A DNA stretch of 64,000 nt, from contig NC_068990.1 in NCBI RefSeq assembly GCF_001194135.2, positions 61,070,470 to 61,134,469 of the forward strand, given 5' to 3'. The DNA comes from Octopus bimaculoides (Eukaryota). The notes under the pieces were generated by a model. It had not been told where the DNA came from and did not search any database. It saw only the letters and a list, made by a program, of their open reading frames with translations. Shown piece after piece: positions 1-13,099 of the stretch. The translations under genes and the position numbers were made by a program. How positions within the stretch are numbered: the first letter of the stretch is position 1; each line of letters begins with the position of its first letter.

Positions 1-211
1 CAAAAGGTCCCTGAATAAGGGTTGTTTAAGGAAGTTGAACAAAACACCCATGTTTCCAGAGGTGAATTATTCAAACGCCAAAGAATTCCTCTCAACACAT
101 GGCTATGATGCTCCCCCACTACTTCTGCTCGTGATCAGAGATGCACATATCGTCAGCCACCAAGGGACATGCTCAACTGTAAATATATGTGCATGTGTGT
201 ATGTGTGTGTG

Positions 212-235
<24 letters not shown>
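1..235. repeat. Direct duplicate of 1986-2220 (part of a ~400-bp interspersed repeat, fuller copy 1768-2165)
   Basis: 1-235 reads identically to 1986-2220, including the following TG/TA microsatellite; the second copy runs into an N-gap. Confidence 0.9.
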
Positions 236-264
<29 letters not shown>

Positions 265-295
265 GTCTGTATGTATGGCATGGTATGTATGTATG

Positions 296-567
296 TTATT
301 TAGATAAAGATAATTATGGCTGGTACATAGGGTTACCCAGGGTTTCACGTCCTGAAAGTGCTTAGCTTTACAACATTTTATCAGACCCTAATGGCTAGTG
401 GCCTATAACCTCTCTTTAAAACAGAGGTTTTTTCTCCCTCCATTTTGAAGAAAAGTTATAGGCCACTAGCATTAGGGTGTGATGTGACATTGTAAAGCTA
501 AGGGCTTTATGGATGTAAAACCCTGGGTAAACCTATAATTCAGCCATAACTATCTTTATCTAAATAA
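296..567. mobile_element. Fold-back MITE-like element (~270 bp, near whole-length imperfect palindrome)
   Basis: Termini TTATTTAGATAAAGATAATTATGGCTG (296-322) and CAGCCATAACTATCTTTATCTAAATAA (541-567). Inner arms also pair (CCCTAATGGCTAGTGGCCTATAAC / GTTATAGGCCACTAGCATTAGGG). Confidence 0.8.
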
Positions 568-627
568 TCTACTGGTCTATAACTTAGATTGTGCTTCTCT
601 TTTGGATTTATGATTTACTGATTATAT

Positions 628-694
<67 letters not shown>

Positions 695-970
695 CATATA
701 TGTATATAGATAGATAGATAGATAGATAGATACAATGGTGGATTGGCCAGGTTGCCAGCTTGCCTGATGGCAAGTGGGCCCCTGCACCATAAGAATCCAT
801 ATATGAGGGCCTATGTTAGTATCTAAGGGGCCCATCCCCTCAAGTTTGAGTTTTTTTTATTCACTTCTGGAAGTATGCATTAATCATTTCAGCCTGGCTG
901 CATTTGTAGACAGTTGGAAAGAATACTTTTAACAAAAAAAAAAAAAAANNNNNNNNNNTTGTTGTTGTTG

Positions 971-1002
<32 letters not shown>

Positions 1003-1209
1003 GGTGGATGCAGAATGAGGGGTTTTGTTTATGAAGAATGAAACTGTCAATCATAATAATATTCATTTGAAACTGTTGAAACAAAATTTGTCACGTTGCA
1101 AAAACATTTCAATTTTCTCATTCATTTAGTGGTATATTTTACACTCTTCCTTGATAGAAATGATGAATTTAATTCAACATCTGGAAGGGGAGAATTCTTC
1201 ATTATGTAG

Positions 1210-1254
1210 ATCTTGGACTGCAAACAAAGGAAATGTCAACAGCTCCCAAATGTC
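1210..1254 (+). other. Candidate 45-nt exon (unassigned)
   Basis: ttcttcattatgtAG acceptor and GTAAGT donor at 1255; all three frames open; no recognisable product. Confidence 0.2.
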
Positions 1255-1369
1255 GTAAGTTCCCACACTTCAGTAGCTCCCAATGTGGGACTTACCTCTG
1301 TCACTCAGGATGCCTGGATAGTTCTTATGGGATGTTAGCAACTGAAGGCTGTTTGTATTGCTATTTATC

Positions 1370-1406
1370 TGTATTATCATTATTATTACTATTATTATTA
1401 TTGCTA

Positions 1407-1480
<74 letters not shown>
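1370..1480. repeat. (TTA)n microsatellite (another at ~1700-1768)
   Basis: Direct reading; explains the poly-Leu ORF 1233-1490. Confidence 0.95.
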
Positions 1481-1482
<2 letters not shown>

Positions 1483-1700
1483 GGCTGTGAGCTAGCAGAA
1501 TCATTAGCAAAAGCCAGGTAAAATGCTTAGTGGCACTTCATCTGTCTTTACGTTCTGAGTTCAAATTCTGCCAAAGTTTAACTTTGTCTCTCATCCTTTC
1601 AAGGTTGAAAAATTAAGTACCAGCTGCATACTGGATCGATCTAATTGACTGACCCCTCCCTCAAAATTTCAGGCTTTGTGCCTATAATAGAAAGGATCAT
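1481..1700 (+). mobile_element. SINE family B (central segment resembling the Deu/Nin-type domain)
   Basis: Shares GTTCAAAT..CTTTG..TCATCCTTTC..GGTT.ATAAATTAAGTACCAG with copies at 5826-6038(-), 16404-16812(+), 45838-45980(-). Domain name is from recall, not a search. Confidence 0.75.
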
Positions 1701-1717
1701 TATTATTGTTATTATTA

Positions 1718-1767
<50 letters not shown>

Positions 1768-3193
1768 GAGTGAAAGAGTAGTGCATACCATCAAAGTGAC
1801 ACTGGGGTACAAATACACGAAGGCCAATGTACCCATCATGACTACCTGTCTGATAAGGGTATACTAGGCACATGCATCACAACCATATGTGTGTGACATA
1901 GTGAATTCATATCCAGATAAACAGCACATCACCTTGCAGGTGGGCTCAGTTAGAATTTTCTTCAGGTTGAGTAGCCCATCCCACTCAAAAGGTCCCTGAA
2001 TAAGGGTTGTTTAAGGAAGTTGAACAAAACACCCATGTTTCCAGAGGTGAATTATTCAAACGCCAAAGAATTCCTCTCAACACATGGCTATGATGCTCCC
2101 CCACTACTTCTGCTCGTGATCAGAGATGCACATATCGTCAGCCACCAAGGGACATGCTCAACTGTAAATATATGTGCATGTGTGTATGTGTGTGTGTATG
2201 TATATATATATATATATATANNNNNNNNNNNNNNNNNNNNNNNNNNNNNNNNNNNNNNNNNNNNNNNNNNNNNNNNNNNNNNNNNNNNNNNNNNNNNNNN
2301 NNNNNNNNNNNNNNNNNNNNNNNNNNNNNNNNNNNNNNNNNNNNNNNNNNNNNNNNNNNNNNNNNNNNNNNNNNNNNNNNNNNNNNNNNNNNNNNNNNNN
2401 NNNNNNNNNNNNNNNNNNNNNNNNNNNNNNNNNNNNNNNNNNNNNNNNNNNNNNNNNNNNNNNNNNNNNNNNNNNNNNNNNNNNNNNNNNNNNNNNNNNN
2501 NNNNNNNNNNNNNNNNNNNNNNNNNNNNNNNNNNNNNNNNNNNNNNNNNNNNNNNNNNNNNNNNNNNNNNNNNNNNNNNNNNNNNNNNNNNNNNNNNNNN
2601 NNNNNNNNNNNNNNNNNNNNNNNNNNNNNNNNNNNNNNNNNNNNNNNNNNNNNNNNNNNNNNNNNNNNNNNNNNNNNNNNNNNNNNNNNNNNNNNNNNNN
2701 NNNNNNNNNNNNNNNNNNNNNNNNNNNNNNNNNNNNNNNNNNNNNNNNNNNNNNNNNNNNNNNNNNNNNNNNNNNNNNNNNNNNNNNNNNNNNNNNNNNN
2801 NNNNNNNNNNNNNNNNNNNNNNNNNNNNNNNNNNNNNNNNNNNNNNNNNNNNNNNNNNNNNNNNNNNNNNNNNNNNNNNNNNNNNNNNNNNNNNNNNNNN
2901 NNNNNNNNNNNNNNNNNNNNNNNNNNNNNNNNNNNNNNNNNNNNNNNNNNNNNNNNNNNNNNNNNNNNNNNNNNNNNNNNNNNNNNNNNNNNNNNNNNNN
3001 NNNNNNNNNNNNNNNNNNNNNNNNNNNNNNNNNNNNNNNNNNNNNNNNNNNNNNNNNNNNNNNNNNNNNNNNNNNNNNNNNNNNNNNNNNNNNNNNNNNN
3101 NNNNNNNNNNNNNNNNNNNNNNNNNNNNNNNNNNNNNNNNNNNNNNNNNNNNNNNNNNNNNNNNNNNNNNNNNNNNNNNNNNNNNNNNNNNNN

Positions 3194-3238
<45 letters not shown>

Positions 3239-3435
3239 ATATATATGTATATATATATATATATATATATACAGACATATGTGTTCGATAAATAATAAAA
3301 CAATGAAAGTAAATATAAAAGAGTAAAATAGTAAATAAATAGAATAGGGTCAGAGAAGAAGGAGCAGGAAGAGGGAAGATAAGAGGTAAAATAATAGGGA
3401 TGGATAAAAAGAATTAAAGTTCCTTCCTGGTTTCT

Positions 3436-3628
3436 GTGGTGTATTCTTCCCCTGGATTGGATGCTAACCTGTCACAGGGATACTCACTTCTGCCAGGTGA
3501 GTGGATTGGAGAAGCATGAAATGTAGTATTTTGCTCAAGAATATAACACATTGCTCAGTCCTGGAATTGAAGCCACCATCTTATGTTCAAGAGTCCAACA
3601 CCCTACCCACTAAGCCACATGCCTCCAC
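3436..3628 (-). mobile_element. SINE family E (tRNA-like head + CORE-like segment)
   Basis: Reverse complement of GTGGAGGC..TGGCTTAGTGG..GGTTC.ATTCC.GG..TGTTCTTGAGCAAAA..CTCCA.TCCACTCA. Other copies: 11246-11475, 19195-19510, 25445-25735, 28012-28320, 34360-34469, 37372-37628, 44200-44525, 44550-44680. Confidence 0.75.
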
Positions 3629-3656
3629 AAAAAAATAATAGGGTGTAAGAGAGAAA

Positions 3657-3687
<31 letters not shown>

Positions 3688-3688
3688 C

Positions 3689-3728
<40 letters not shown>

Positions 3729-3730
3729 AG
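3657..3730. repeat. (GAT)n followed by (GAAA)n microsatellite
   Basis: Direct reading. Confidence 0.95.
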
Positions 3731-4089
3731 ATAGAAGAAACAAAGTAGTCAAAGAAGCGACATAAAAAAAAGATTACAATAGAATGTTAGGGATTCGTGA
3801 AATCCGAGTTAATGAAATATGAAAAGAAAGTCAATGCGTTGCAAAAGAAAAATATAAAAGACATATTTACACAGCCATTAAAATGTGGAAATGAAAACAC
3901 ATGCAAAAAAGGGGATATCTGAAGCGAAACATAAACTTTAAAAAGAAATGGGTTTAGTAAAAAAAAATGCGTTCAATTGTACGTGCCAAAAAAAAAGAAA
4001 CAATCTCTCAGATGGTTAGGCATACTTGGAATGCTTTTGATCAGATTCTTTTGGTTCAGAGCCCACTTGGAGCTAAACGGCGTTGTTCT

Positions 4090-4405
4090 TATTATCATCA
4101 TCATCATCTCCACAACCACCACCACCACCACCACCACCATCAGCATCACCACTGCCACCATCATCGTAATCATTGTTGTCATTGTCATTGTTGTTATCAT
4201 CATCATCATCTCCATCACCACCACCACCACCACCACTGCCATTGTAATCATTGTCGTCCTCGTCATCATCATAATCATCATCATCATCATCGTCGTCATC
4301 ATCGTCACCATCATTGTCATTGTCACTATTGTCATCACCATTGCTGTTGTTATCATTATCATCATCATCATCATCGTCATCATCAACAGCAACAACAATA
4401 ACAAC
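4090..4405. repeat. Compound degenerate trinucleotide repeat (CAT/CAC/TGT/CAA)
   Basis: In-register CAT, CAC, GTC and TTG variants; the source of the poly-His, poly-Ile and poly-Asp ORFs. Confidence 0.9.
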
Positions 4406-5037
4406 TTCATAAGTGAAGTGAATAATCCACTCCCTGCCTTGACTACTTAACAATGCACATGCAATTTTCCATTTCTAATATTTAAAGTAGAGGTTGGCAA
4501 CAGAAAGAGCATCCAGTCAGAAAATACTGCCTTAATATGTCTCTTTTGACCCATTCCAATAATGAAATATAAAAGTGAAGATATTAATACACAAACATTC
4601 AAAAAGACAAAACCAGAAGTGGTGGAGGTTAGCAAGTTTAGACAAATCTCTTTGCAGCTCCTGTATTTATTTTAATTCTGCGTTGTTGCAAATTAGACAG
4701 ATAATGATGGATCCATTTTATTAATTGAAAATACTCCTCATTTCCTGATGACGCCCATGCAATATTCATTTTTGTTTAGACATGGTTATTGAAAATATAT
4801 TACTGAAATGTGAAAAAAAAAAAAAACAGGAAAAAAAACGACGGACAGGTGTGAAAGCAGCAATTTATCAATTTAATACCGTTTATATTTAATGTTTTCT
4901 TCGTGGAAAAAATGAAAAATTCTACTTATTAGACTGTCACTTGAGTAATATCTAATAAGTGTGTGGATTAGATTGTGTATTATTGGTTGAGATTTTTAAG
5001 GAAAATGTTATTGATTTCTTACAGAGGCAATAAAAAG

Positions 5038-5762
5038 TTCTGTTTTCTAAATGTAGAAGCAAAAAAATAGAGAAGGAATAGTGAAGGAATATAACTTTTA
5101 AAAATCATCATTATTATCAATGTTTTACATCTATGCAGGCATTGTATAAAATGGTTTACTAAGGTAGTATTATGCAGCCAGATGTCCTTCCTTCCAGTCA
5201 CAAACCGTTTTAGTTTGCCCCTTAATAAAATGTTCTGTTTTCTAAGAGTAAAAGCAAAAAATAGTGGAAAAATAGTGAAGGAATATAACTTCTGCTAAAG
5301 ATCATCATTATTATCAATGTTTTACATCTATACAGGCATTGATTAAATCAATGCTTCTCAGCCAGGGTACATATGGCCCCTGAGGGTCCATATAAGATTT
5401 ATGGGGATCCATATAGCAAAGCAGTAGATTGGGGGTCCACAATAGTATTTTAAGGGCCCTTGAAAAAAATTTGGCTTTAGATGTATATATGGATATGTAT
5501 TGCAAGAGACTGTTAGGTTTCTATCTCTAATGATTTACATAGTTCAACCTTCACAAGTTAATGTACAGAAAACAAAACAGGAATCTTGAAAGAAGTTTCT
5601 ATAAAACTAGTTTTTAGACTTCGAATAGCTATGGGGGTCCACTAGAATAAAATAGTAACCAAAGGGTCCCGTAGATAAAAAATGGTTGAGAACTCCTAGT
5701 TTACTAAGGCAGTGTTATGCAGCCAGATGTCCTTCCAGTCAAAACCATTTCAGTTGCCTCTT
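5038..5762. repeat. ~190-bp tandem duplication; second unit interrupted by a MITE
   Basis: Unit 1 ~5038-5223; unit 2 = 5224-5348 + 5699-5762 (shared GTTCTGTTTTCTAA..ATCATCATTATTATCAATGTTTTACATCTAT..GTTTACTAAGG..ATGCAGCCAGATGTCCTTCC). Confidence 0.85.
5349..5698. mobile_element. hAT (Charlie-type) MITE
   Basis: Imperfect TIRs CAATGCTTCTCAGCC (5349-5363) and GGTTGAGAACTCCTA (5684-5698), matching the CAGGGGTTCTCAACC hAT terminus type; absent from the sister duplicate unit. Confidence 0.75.
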
Positions 5763-6575
5763 ACAATATGCAGTAGTGTGGTGTACTTGGTCATACTTCT
5801 GCTAAGAATCAGACCATAAATAGTTTCAAATTTTGTCACAAGGCCAGTAGTCTCAGGGGAGGGGATAAGTTGATCACGTCAACCCCAGTGCTTGACTAGT
5901 ACCTATTTTGTTAACCCTGAAAGGATGACAGGCAAAGTTGACTGTGACAGAATTTCAACTCAGAGCATGTAGACAGATGGAATATCACTAAGCTCCTATG
6001 CCCAGAATGCTAACAACTCCGCCAGCTTCCTGCCCTTCAAACCATAAGTACTCACAGTGGCCTATATTGTATCATTCTTTTGACATGTGTTTTGGTTTTG
6101 TATCTCTCGTCTTTTATTTCTTTCAGTCTTTTGATTTCAGCCATACTGTGGCACTGTATTGAAGGGATTTGTCTGGGATTTATTCAATTGGTCTCGTTTG
6201 CTAAACTGCTAAATTACAGAGATGTAAACAAACCAACACCAGCTATCAAGTGGTGGTAGAGGAGAAACACAATACAACAGATGCACACGTGCATGTGGAG
6301 AATACAATTAAAATAGCCATCAACGTATCATACTTAATGTATACACACTATTGATAGGCCTGTTACTATAGTATTTATCCTGAGCTAACATCTCTTAAGG
6401 ACACAATAAATATCAGAGTGAGATGAAAATTCATCTTGGCAGCCGCCAGTGAGAGCATTAGATGCATTTCAGCCATTTGAATAGTGCATTGTCGCCACCG
6501 TCCTCTTGCACAGGGAAGAATTCTATGTCTCTGACATAGGTAGATATAAACAAGGCATTGATGTTACAAATAACT

Positions 6576-6632
<57 letters not shown>

Positions 6633-6637
6633 GTAGG

Positions 6638-6676
<39 letters not shown>

Positions 6677-6698
6677 GTAGATAGATAGATAGATAGAC

Positions 6699-6730
<32 letters not shown>
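6576..6730. repeat. (GATA)n microsatellite
   Basis: Direct reading. Confidence 0.95.
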
Positions 6731-7059
6731 GCATATATGTATAGATAAGTAGACGGATATGTATATATACATACATACAAATACACACACACACACAACA
6801 CCAAACATGCACTCATACATACATACACACATACACATACATACATACATGTATGTGTGTGTATGATGGCTTCTTTCAGATTCTGGATAGCATATCCACT
6901 CTCAAGGCTTTGGTCAGCTTGGGACTGAACAAAGTGTCATGTAATGAGACTGAACCCAAAACCCTCGAGGTTGGGATGTAAACTTCTTAACAACTCAAGC
7001 ATGCTTACTCCCATATGCATACATGCATACATACATACATACATACATATATACATATG

Positions 7060-7108
<49 letters not shown>

Positions 7109-7163
7109 ATATGCCTATATATATATATATATATATATATACATACATACATATGCATATATA

Positions 7164-7323
7164 TCATCATCATCATCATCATCATCATCATCGTTTAACG
7201 TCCGCTTTCCATGCTAGCATGGGTTGGACGATTTGACTGAGGACTGGTGAAACCGGATGGCAACACCAGGCTCCAATCTAAATTTGGCAGAGTTTCTACA
7301 GCTGGATGCCCTTCCTAACGCCA
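7164..7323 (-). mobile_element. Family C retroposon 3' end with (GAT)n tail (Meta-domain-like GGCGTTAGGAAGGGCATCCAGC)
   Basis: Near-identical copies at 12295-12408(-), 51975-52103(+), 60472-60620(+); older copies at 7742-8022(-), 26825-27200(-), 47995-48245(-), 49570-50090(+), 56320-56750(+). Confidence 0.8.
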
Positions 7324-7705
7324 AAAGAAAAAGAAAATAGAGATTGGGAAGTTAATAATTGTTTATTATTAACAACAAATTAATCATCTTCCCTTACAGC
7401 TGTTTCAATTAATACTCAGTAAATATTAAGCAAATATTAAATTTATATTTATATGACCTGAGCATAATAACTTCAGAGGGGAAAAATATACCCTTGGATA
7501 TTTTATATGTGTTTATGGATTCATCATTGCAAACAAAAGGTCTCCATTTTCTTTTTCCTCTTTTATATGAATATAAACTGTTTTTATATATATACCTATT
7601 ATTTTAAGGAAATTAATTCCCCCAAAATACTAGGCATTGAACCAGTATTTCCTTGAATGAAACCATCTCTTCATGAGGTTAACTCAACCTCTAATTGAAG
7701 TATAC

Positions 7706-7746
<41 letters not shown>

Positions 7747-8024
7747 CATCATCATCATCATTATCGTTTAATGTCCGTTTTCCATGCTGGCATGGGTTGG
7801 ACAGTTTGACTGAGGTCTGGAGAGCCAGCAGCTGCACCAGGCTCCAATCTAATCTGGCAATGTTTCTACAGCTGGATGGCCATCCTAACACCAAGAGTGT
7901 AGTGGGTGCTTTTTATGTACCACCAGCACAGGAGCCAGTCAAGAGGTACTGGCATTGGCCACATTCGGATGGTGCATTTTACGTACCACCAGCATGGGAG
8001 CCAGTCAGATGGACCTGGCATCAT

Positions 8025-8066
<42 letters not shown>

Positions 8067-9576
8067 TTACTTGTACATGCATCCATGCACATACACACAA
8101 ACAAACACACATGCTGTATCTATATATGTGCGTGTGTGTGAATCTTTGGTTGGCAAATAGATATTTTGGGTTAGACATAACATGAAAAATATTCACTTTT
8201 TTTTTTTGCTTTTTAAGAATATGTTATTCTCTCCTCTTTCTTCAGTAGGCAATCTAAAATATTTTAATGTCACAGATGATCTTGAAACTGAATAAAAGTC
8301 AAAACAGCCCACTGCAAATTCTTTATAACTCTATGGTCTTGTTACCCTGTATGATATAACCAACATTCAGGCTCTTGTCCAAGACAAAGTTAAGTAACAG
8401 CAGTTTCAGACAGGGATTAAAAAGACTGTAGTTCTTATTATTATTTGTAATAGAAGACCTTAAAATAAACCCAATAGTAATGTTTGAAAAAACACTAGAT
8501 AAAACAAAAGCAAAAAAAATTTATCCATCTGCTTGCCATTTTAAACTTTTATCATATTCCCTAAGCTGTACCTGCATATATGTTAGCAACATGCATAAAT
8601 CTGACAAAAACTGCAACTAAATGCATTTATATCTTGCTTAGATCTTGTTGCAGTTTTACTTTAAATTCCATTCTGACCTTTGTTACCAAAAATATGCCAA
8701 TACAAGTTATTTCTATGTATAATTTTGTCAGTTTTGTTTTGTACAAGAAATGGAGGAGGTCGCCTATTTTCATCTGCATTTACTAGACATCCCACATTCT
8801 CTGTACTGAGAATGTGTGAGTTGTGTGTGTTGTGTGTTGTGTTGTGTGTGTTGTGTGTTGTGTTGTGTGTGTTGTGTGTTGTGTGTGTGTGTGTACTTTC
8901 TAGTTTCTGTAATGCTTTCTTGTTTTAGCTGTTTCTCTTCTGATATCATTAACATAATCAATTACTCCTTTGCACAGCTAAACAGTATTTTGATAAAGTT
9001 CAGCAAATAAAGCAGCAGTGGGAGTTCTCTCACCCCCACCCCCACCCACACCACCACCACAAGCACCCCAGCACCAAAACCATTACAACCACCATGATAA
9101 TCATCATAATCATCATCATCATCAACACCACCAATGCCACTGCTACTGCTGATGTTGTCGCTATCACCACCACCACCATCACCACCACCATTCTGGTGCT
9201 ATTGAAAATCATCACTTTTATTACTGTCTCATCTTTCTCCTTTTCCATCAACTTTTACAGTAATCAGTAGGCCTCTCAACTTACCTCTTTCTTTCCATCC
9301 CCACTCCATCCTACCCCACCTCACCCCATACCATACCACTCCACACCATCCCCCCACCCTTGTAACCTCCTCCCCTGCTTGCTCTCCTGAAAGTGTCAAT
9401 TCTTCAGTTTTGCCATTAGTCTGCAGCAGGGAACCTATGTCAGGAGAGAGCATGCATTGTTCTTAGTCAATTGAAGCTGAGACAAAACTAGCTTGAAATG
9501 AAGAACCATTGTTTTGAAGCCCATATTTTCTCTTTAGGAGTTGTAACCCCAAAATTGATTTGTAGCATGGACTATA

Positions 9577-9609
<33 letters not shown>

Positions 9610-10872
9610 CANNNNNNNNNNNNNNNNNNNNNNNNNNNNNNNNNNNNNNNNNNNNNNNNNNNNNNNNNNNNNNNNNNNNNNNNNNNNNNNNNNNNNNNNN
9701 NNNNNNNNNNNNNNNNNNNNNNNNNNNNNNNNNNNNNNNNNNNNNNNNNNNNNNNNNNNNNNNNNNNNNNNNNNNNNNNNNNNNNNNNNNNNNNNNNNNN
9801 NNNNNNNNNNNNNNNNNNNNNNNNNNNNNNNNNNNNNNNNNNNNNNNNNNNNNNNNNNNNNNNNNNNNNNNNNNNNNNNNNNNNNNNNNNNNNNNNNNNN
9901 NNNNNNNNNNNNNNNNNNNNNNNNNNNNNNNNNNNNNNNNNNNNNNNNNNNNNNNNNNNNNNNNNNNNNNNNNNNNNNNNNNNNNNNNNNNNNNNNNNNN
10001 NNNNNNNNNNNNNNNNNNNNNNNNNNNNNNNNNNNNNNNNNNNNNNNNNNNNNNNNNNNNNNNNNNNNNNNNNNNNNNNNNNNNNNNNNNNNNNNNNNNN
10101 NNNNNNNNNNNNNNNNNNNNNNNNNNNNNNNNNNNNNNNNNNNNNNNNNNNNNNNNNNNNNNNNNNNNNNNNNNNNNNNNNNNNNNNNNNNNNNNNNNNN
10201 NNNNNNNNNNNNNNNNNNNNNNNNNNNNNNNNNNNNNNNNNNNNNNNNNNNNNNNNNNNNNNNNNNNNNNNNNNNNNNNNNNNACATATATATATATATA
10301 TATATATATAACACACACACACACACACACGCATACACATATATACATACTTGTACATGTGTGTATGTATATGTGTGTGTGTCTTAATATGTATATATGT
10401 ACATATATACATGTGTGTGAAGTATACACCAACACATACATACACATACACAAACAACACACACATACTTATTACATGGTATATAGTTAATCATTTCTAT
10501 ACTGTATGGTGTCTTACATAACTTTTATTCTATATTTATTATAAAATTTACATCATCTGATTATCAATTCTCATTATCTATGAATATGTTATATTTTTAT
10601 TCATTTCTTCATTTCAATCATTGAGCTGAGGCCATGCTGGGGCACTGCTTTTAAAGGATTTAGATTAATTATAGCAAGCCTTTGTTTGTATTTATTTTAT
10701 CTCCCTCATAAGTGAAAAGAGGCATAAGTGATCTTGAGATAATGAGACATAGCTATGATGAAACAATATCATAAGATATCTTTTATGAACAAACACAAAT
10801 ACATAACTGTTAACAGTTTTATATACACATATATACATATAATATGTATAAATTTATGAATATATATGCATA

Positions 10873-11525
10873 GGTGCAAGTGTGGCTGCATGGTTAGAAG
10901 CTTGCTTCCAAACCACATGGTTCTGGGTTCAGTCTCACTGTGTGGCACCTTGGGCAAGTGTCTTTTACTATAGCCTCGGGCTGACCAAAGCCTTGTGAGT
11001 GGATTTGGTAGATGGAAACTGAAAGAAGCCTGTTGTATATGTACATGTATGTGATTGTGTGTGTGTGTGTGTGTCTTTGAGTCTGTGTTTGTAACCTCCA
11101 CTACCGTCACTTGACAACTGATGTTGACGTGTCTACGTCCTCGTAACTTAGTGGTTCAGCAAAAGATACTGATAGAATAAATGCTAGACTTACAAAGAAT
11201 AAGTCCAGGGATCGACTAAAACCCCTCAAGGCAGTGCTCCAGCATAAAAAAAAATAAATGTGCCCTTTTAAAGCCTAGCCAGGTGTATGCGTTCCCCAGC
11301 TGGACGGGATGCCAGTCCATCGCAGCATTACTCATATTTGTCAGCTGAGTGGACTGGAGTAATGTGAAATGAAGTGTTTTGCTCAAGAACACAACACGTC
11401 ACCCGGTCCAAGAATTGAAACCACAATCTTACGATCATGATGCTGACACCCTAACCACTAAGCCACGTGCCTCCACAGTGCTCCAGTATGGCAACAGTCA
11501 AGCGAGTGAAACAAGTAAAAGAAAG
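10873..11525 (+). mobile_element. SINE family A (tRNA-like head, CORE-like segment, (TG)n, tail) with a nested family E SINE
   Basis: Head TGGCTGCATGGTTAGAAG..GGTTCAGTC, body GCACCTTGGGCAAGTGTC..GGAAACTGAAAGAAGCC, tail ..GAAACAAGTAAAAG. Other copies or fragments: 6110-6270, 11868-12270, 15760-15945, 17020-17420, 19668-20040, 28400-28700, 35110-35575, 37708-37877, 38225-38740, 39125-39340, 40530-40750. Confidence 0.8.
11246..11475 (-). mobile_element. Family E SINE inserted into the family A tail, with target-site duplication
   Basis: Flanked by CAGTGCTCCAGCAT (11232-11245) and CAGTGCTCCAGTAT (11476-11489). Confidence 0.85.
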
Positions 11526-11792
11526 TAAAATATATGTATTTGTGAGTGGATTTGGTAGACTGAAACTTAAAGAAGCCTGTCATGTATATGTGTGTGTGTC
11601 TGTGTGTACATCTTTATGTTAGTGTTTGTATCCCATCATCCCTTGACAATCAGTTTTGGAAGGTTTACATTCCAATAACTAAGCAGCTAGCCAAAACAGA
11701 CTGATAGACGAAGTACCAGGCTTGAAAAAGGTTCTTTCACCTAATATCCTTCTAATACTGAAACAAGTAAAAGATAAAAGATAAAATATAAA

Positions 11793-11868
<76 letters not shown>

Positions 11869-12293
11869 GGCAAGCATGACTGCATGGTAAGAAGTTTGCT
11901 TCCCAACCACATGATTCTGGGCTCAGCCCCAGTGTATGGCACCTTGGGCAAGTGTCTTCTGGTATAGCCTCAGGCCAACCAAAGCCTTGTGAGTGAATTT
12001 GATAGATGGGAACTGAAAGTAGCCCATCATATATACATGCATATATCTATGTGTGTGTGTTGGTGTGTCTGTATATGTCCTCCTATCACCACTTGACAAC
12101 TGGGGTTGATGCGTTTACGTCTCTTTAACTTAGCAGTTCAATAAATGAGACTGATAGAATAAGTACTAGGCTTAAAACTGTAGTTGATTTGTTCGACTAA
12201 AATTCTTCAAGGTGGTGCCCTAGTCTGGTCACAGTCAAATGACTGAAACAAATAAAAGAACAAAAGAATATATATATATATATATATATATAT

Positions 12294-12332
<39 letters not shown>

Positions 12333-12405
12333 GTTTAACGTCCGCTTTCCATGCTAGCATGGGTTGGACGATTTGACTGAGGACTGGTGAAAGCAGATGG
12401 CAACA

Positions 12406-12448
<43 letters not shown>

Positions 12449-13099
12449 CAAATTTACAGAAAACAAAAGACGAAGACAAGTGTAGAAACAAGAAGCAGGT
12501 GTATAAGGGTATTAGTTTTACACTTGGGAAGAATGGAAAAGTCTTTATATATACATTCATACATGCATACATACATGCATACATACCTACATACATACAT
12601 GCATACAAACATACATATACACATATATGTATGTGACTGTGTATATGTATATAGACACACACACACACAAGAGTAGATGCTTGGTTCAAGTGTGAATGGT
12701 CAAGATTTAGATATCAGTAGACAAACTGTCAGTTGACCTTATATACAATTGATTATTCTATGTATCAATGACATGGCATCTAATTTTCATTTCATGCAAG
12801 CACCGTCCACTACTTTTAATATGATTAACCATCCACTAAAGACTATAAGTTTCAACAAATTTGTGAAGTTAAGATAAATGATCTCTGATAAAGGCCATCG
12901 TTTCTTAACATTTCTATAGGGTAGTCAAAATAGTAAAACCCTCTCATGTCTACAGAGAAATACGTTGGTGTTTTTTATGTAGTTTTTGCAGTCATGTAAG
13001 GGACCTACACACTTCATGCAAATATGGAGTTTAGAAAGCTTACAAACCATGCTGACACAAGCTTGGTAGGGTTACTGGTTTAGTTGGAAACTGCTTGAC

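Noticed and set aside
2020-3326. Long ORFs spanning N-runs (also at 9.5-10.5, 14.6-15.2, 17.3-18.0, 29.0-29.6, 53.2-53.9, 55.7-56.4, 59.4-60.0 kb)
   Set aside because: Their length comes from untranslatable Ns and TA/TG repeats.
3967-4453. Poly-His/Cys (144 aa), poly-Ile/Thr and poly-Asp ORFs
   Set aside because: All frames on both strands are open because the region is a trinucleotide microsatellite; there is no splice or codon evidence for a metal-binding peptide.
10873-10945. tRNA gene-like A/B boxes (also at other SINE heads)
   Set aside because: They are SINE heads continuing into SINE bodies; no complete cloverleaf.
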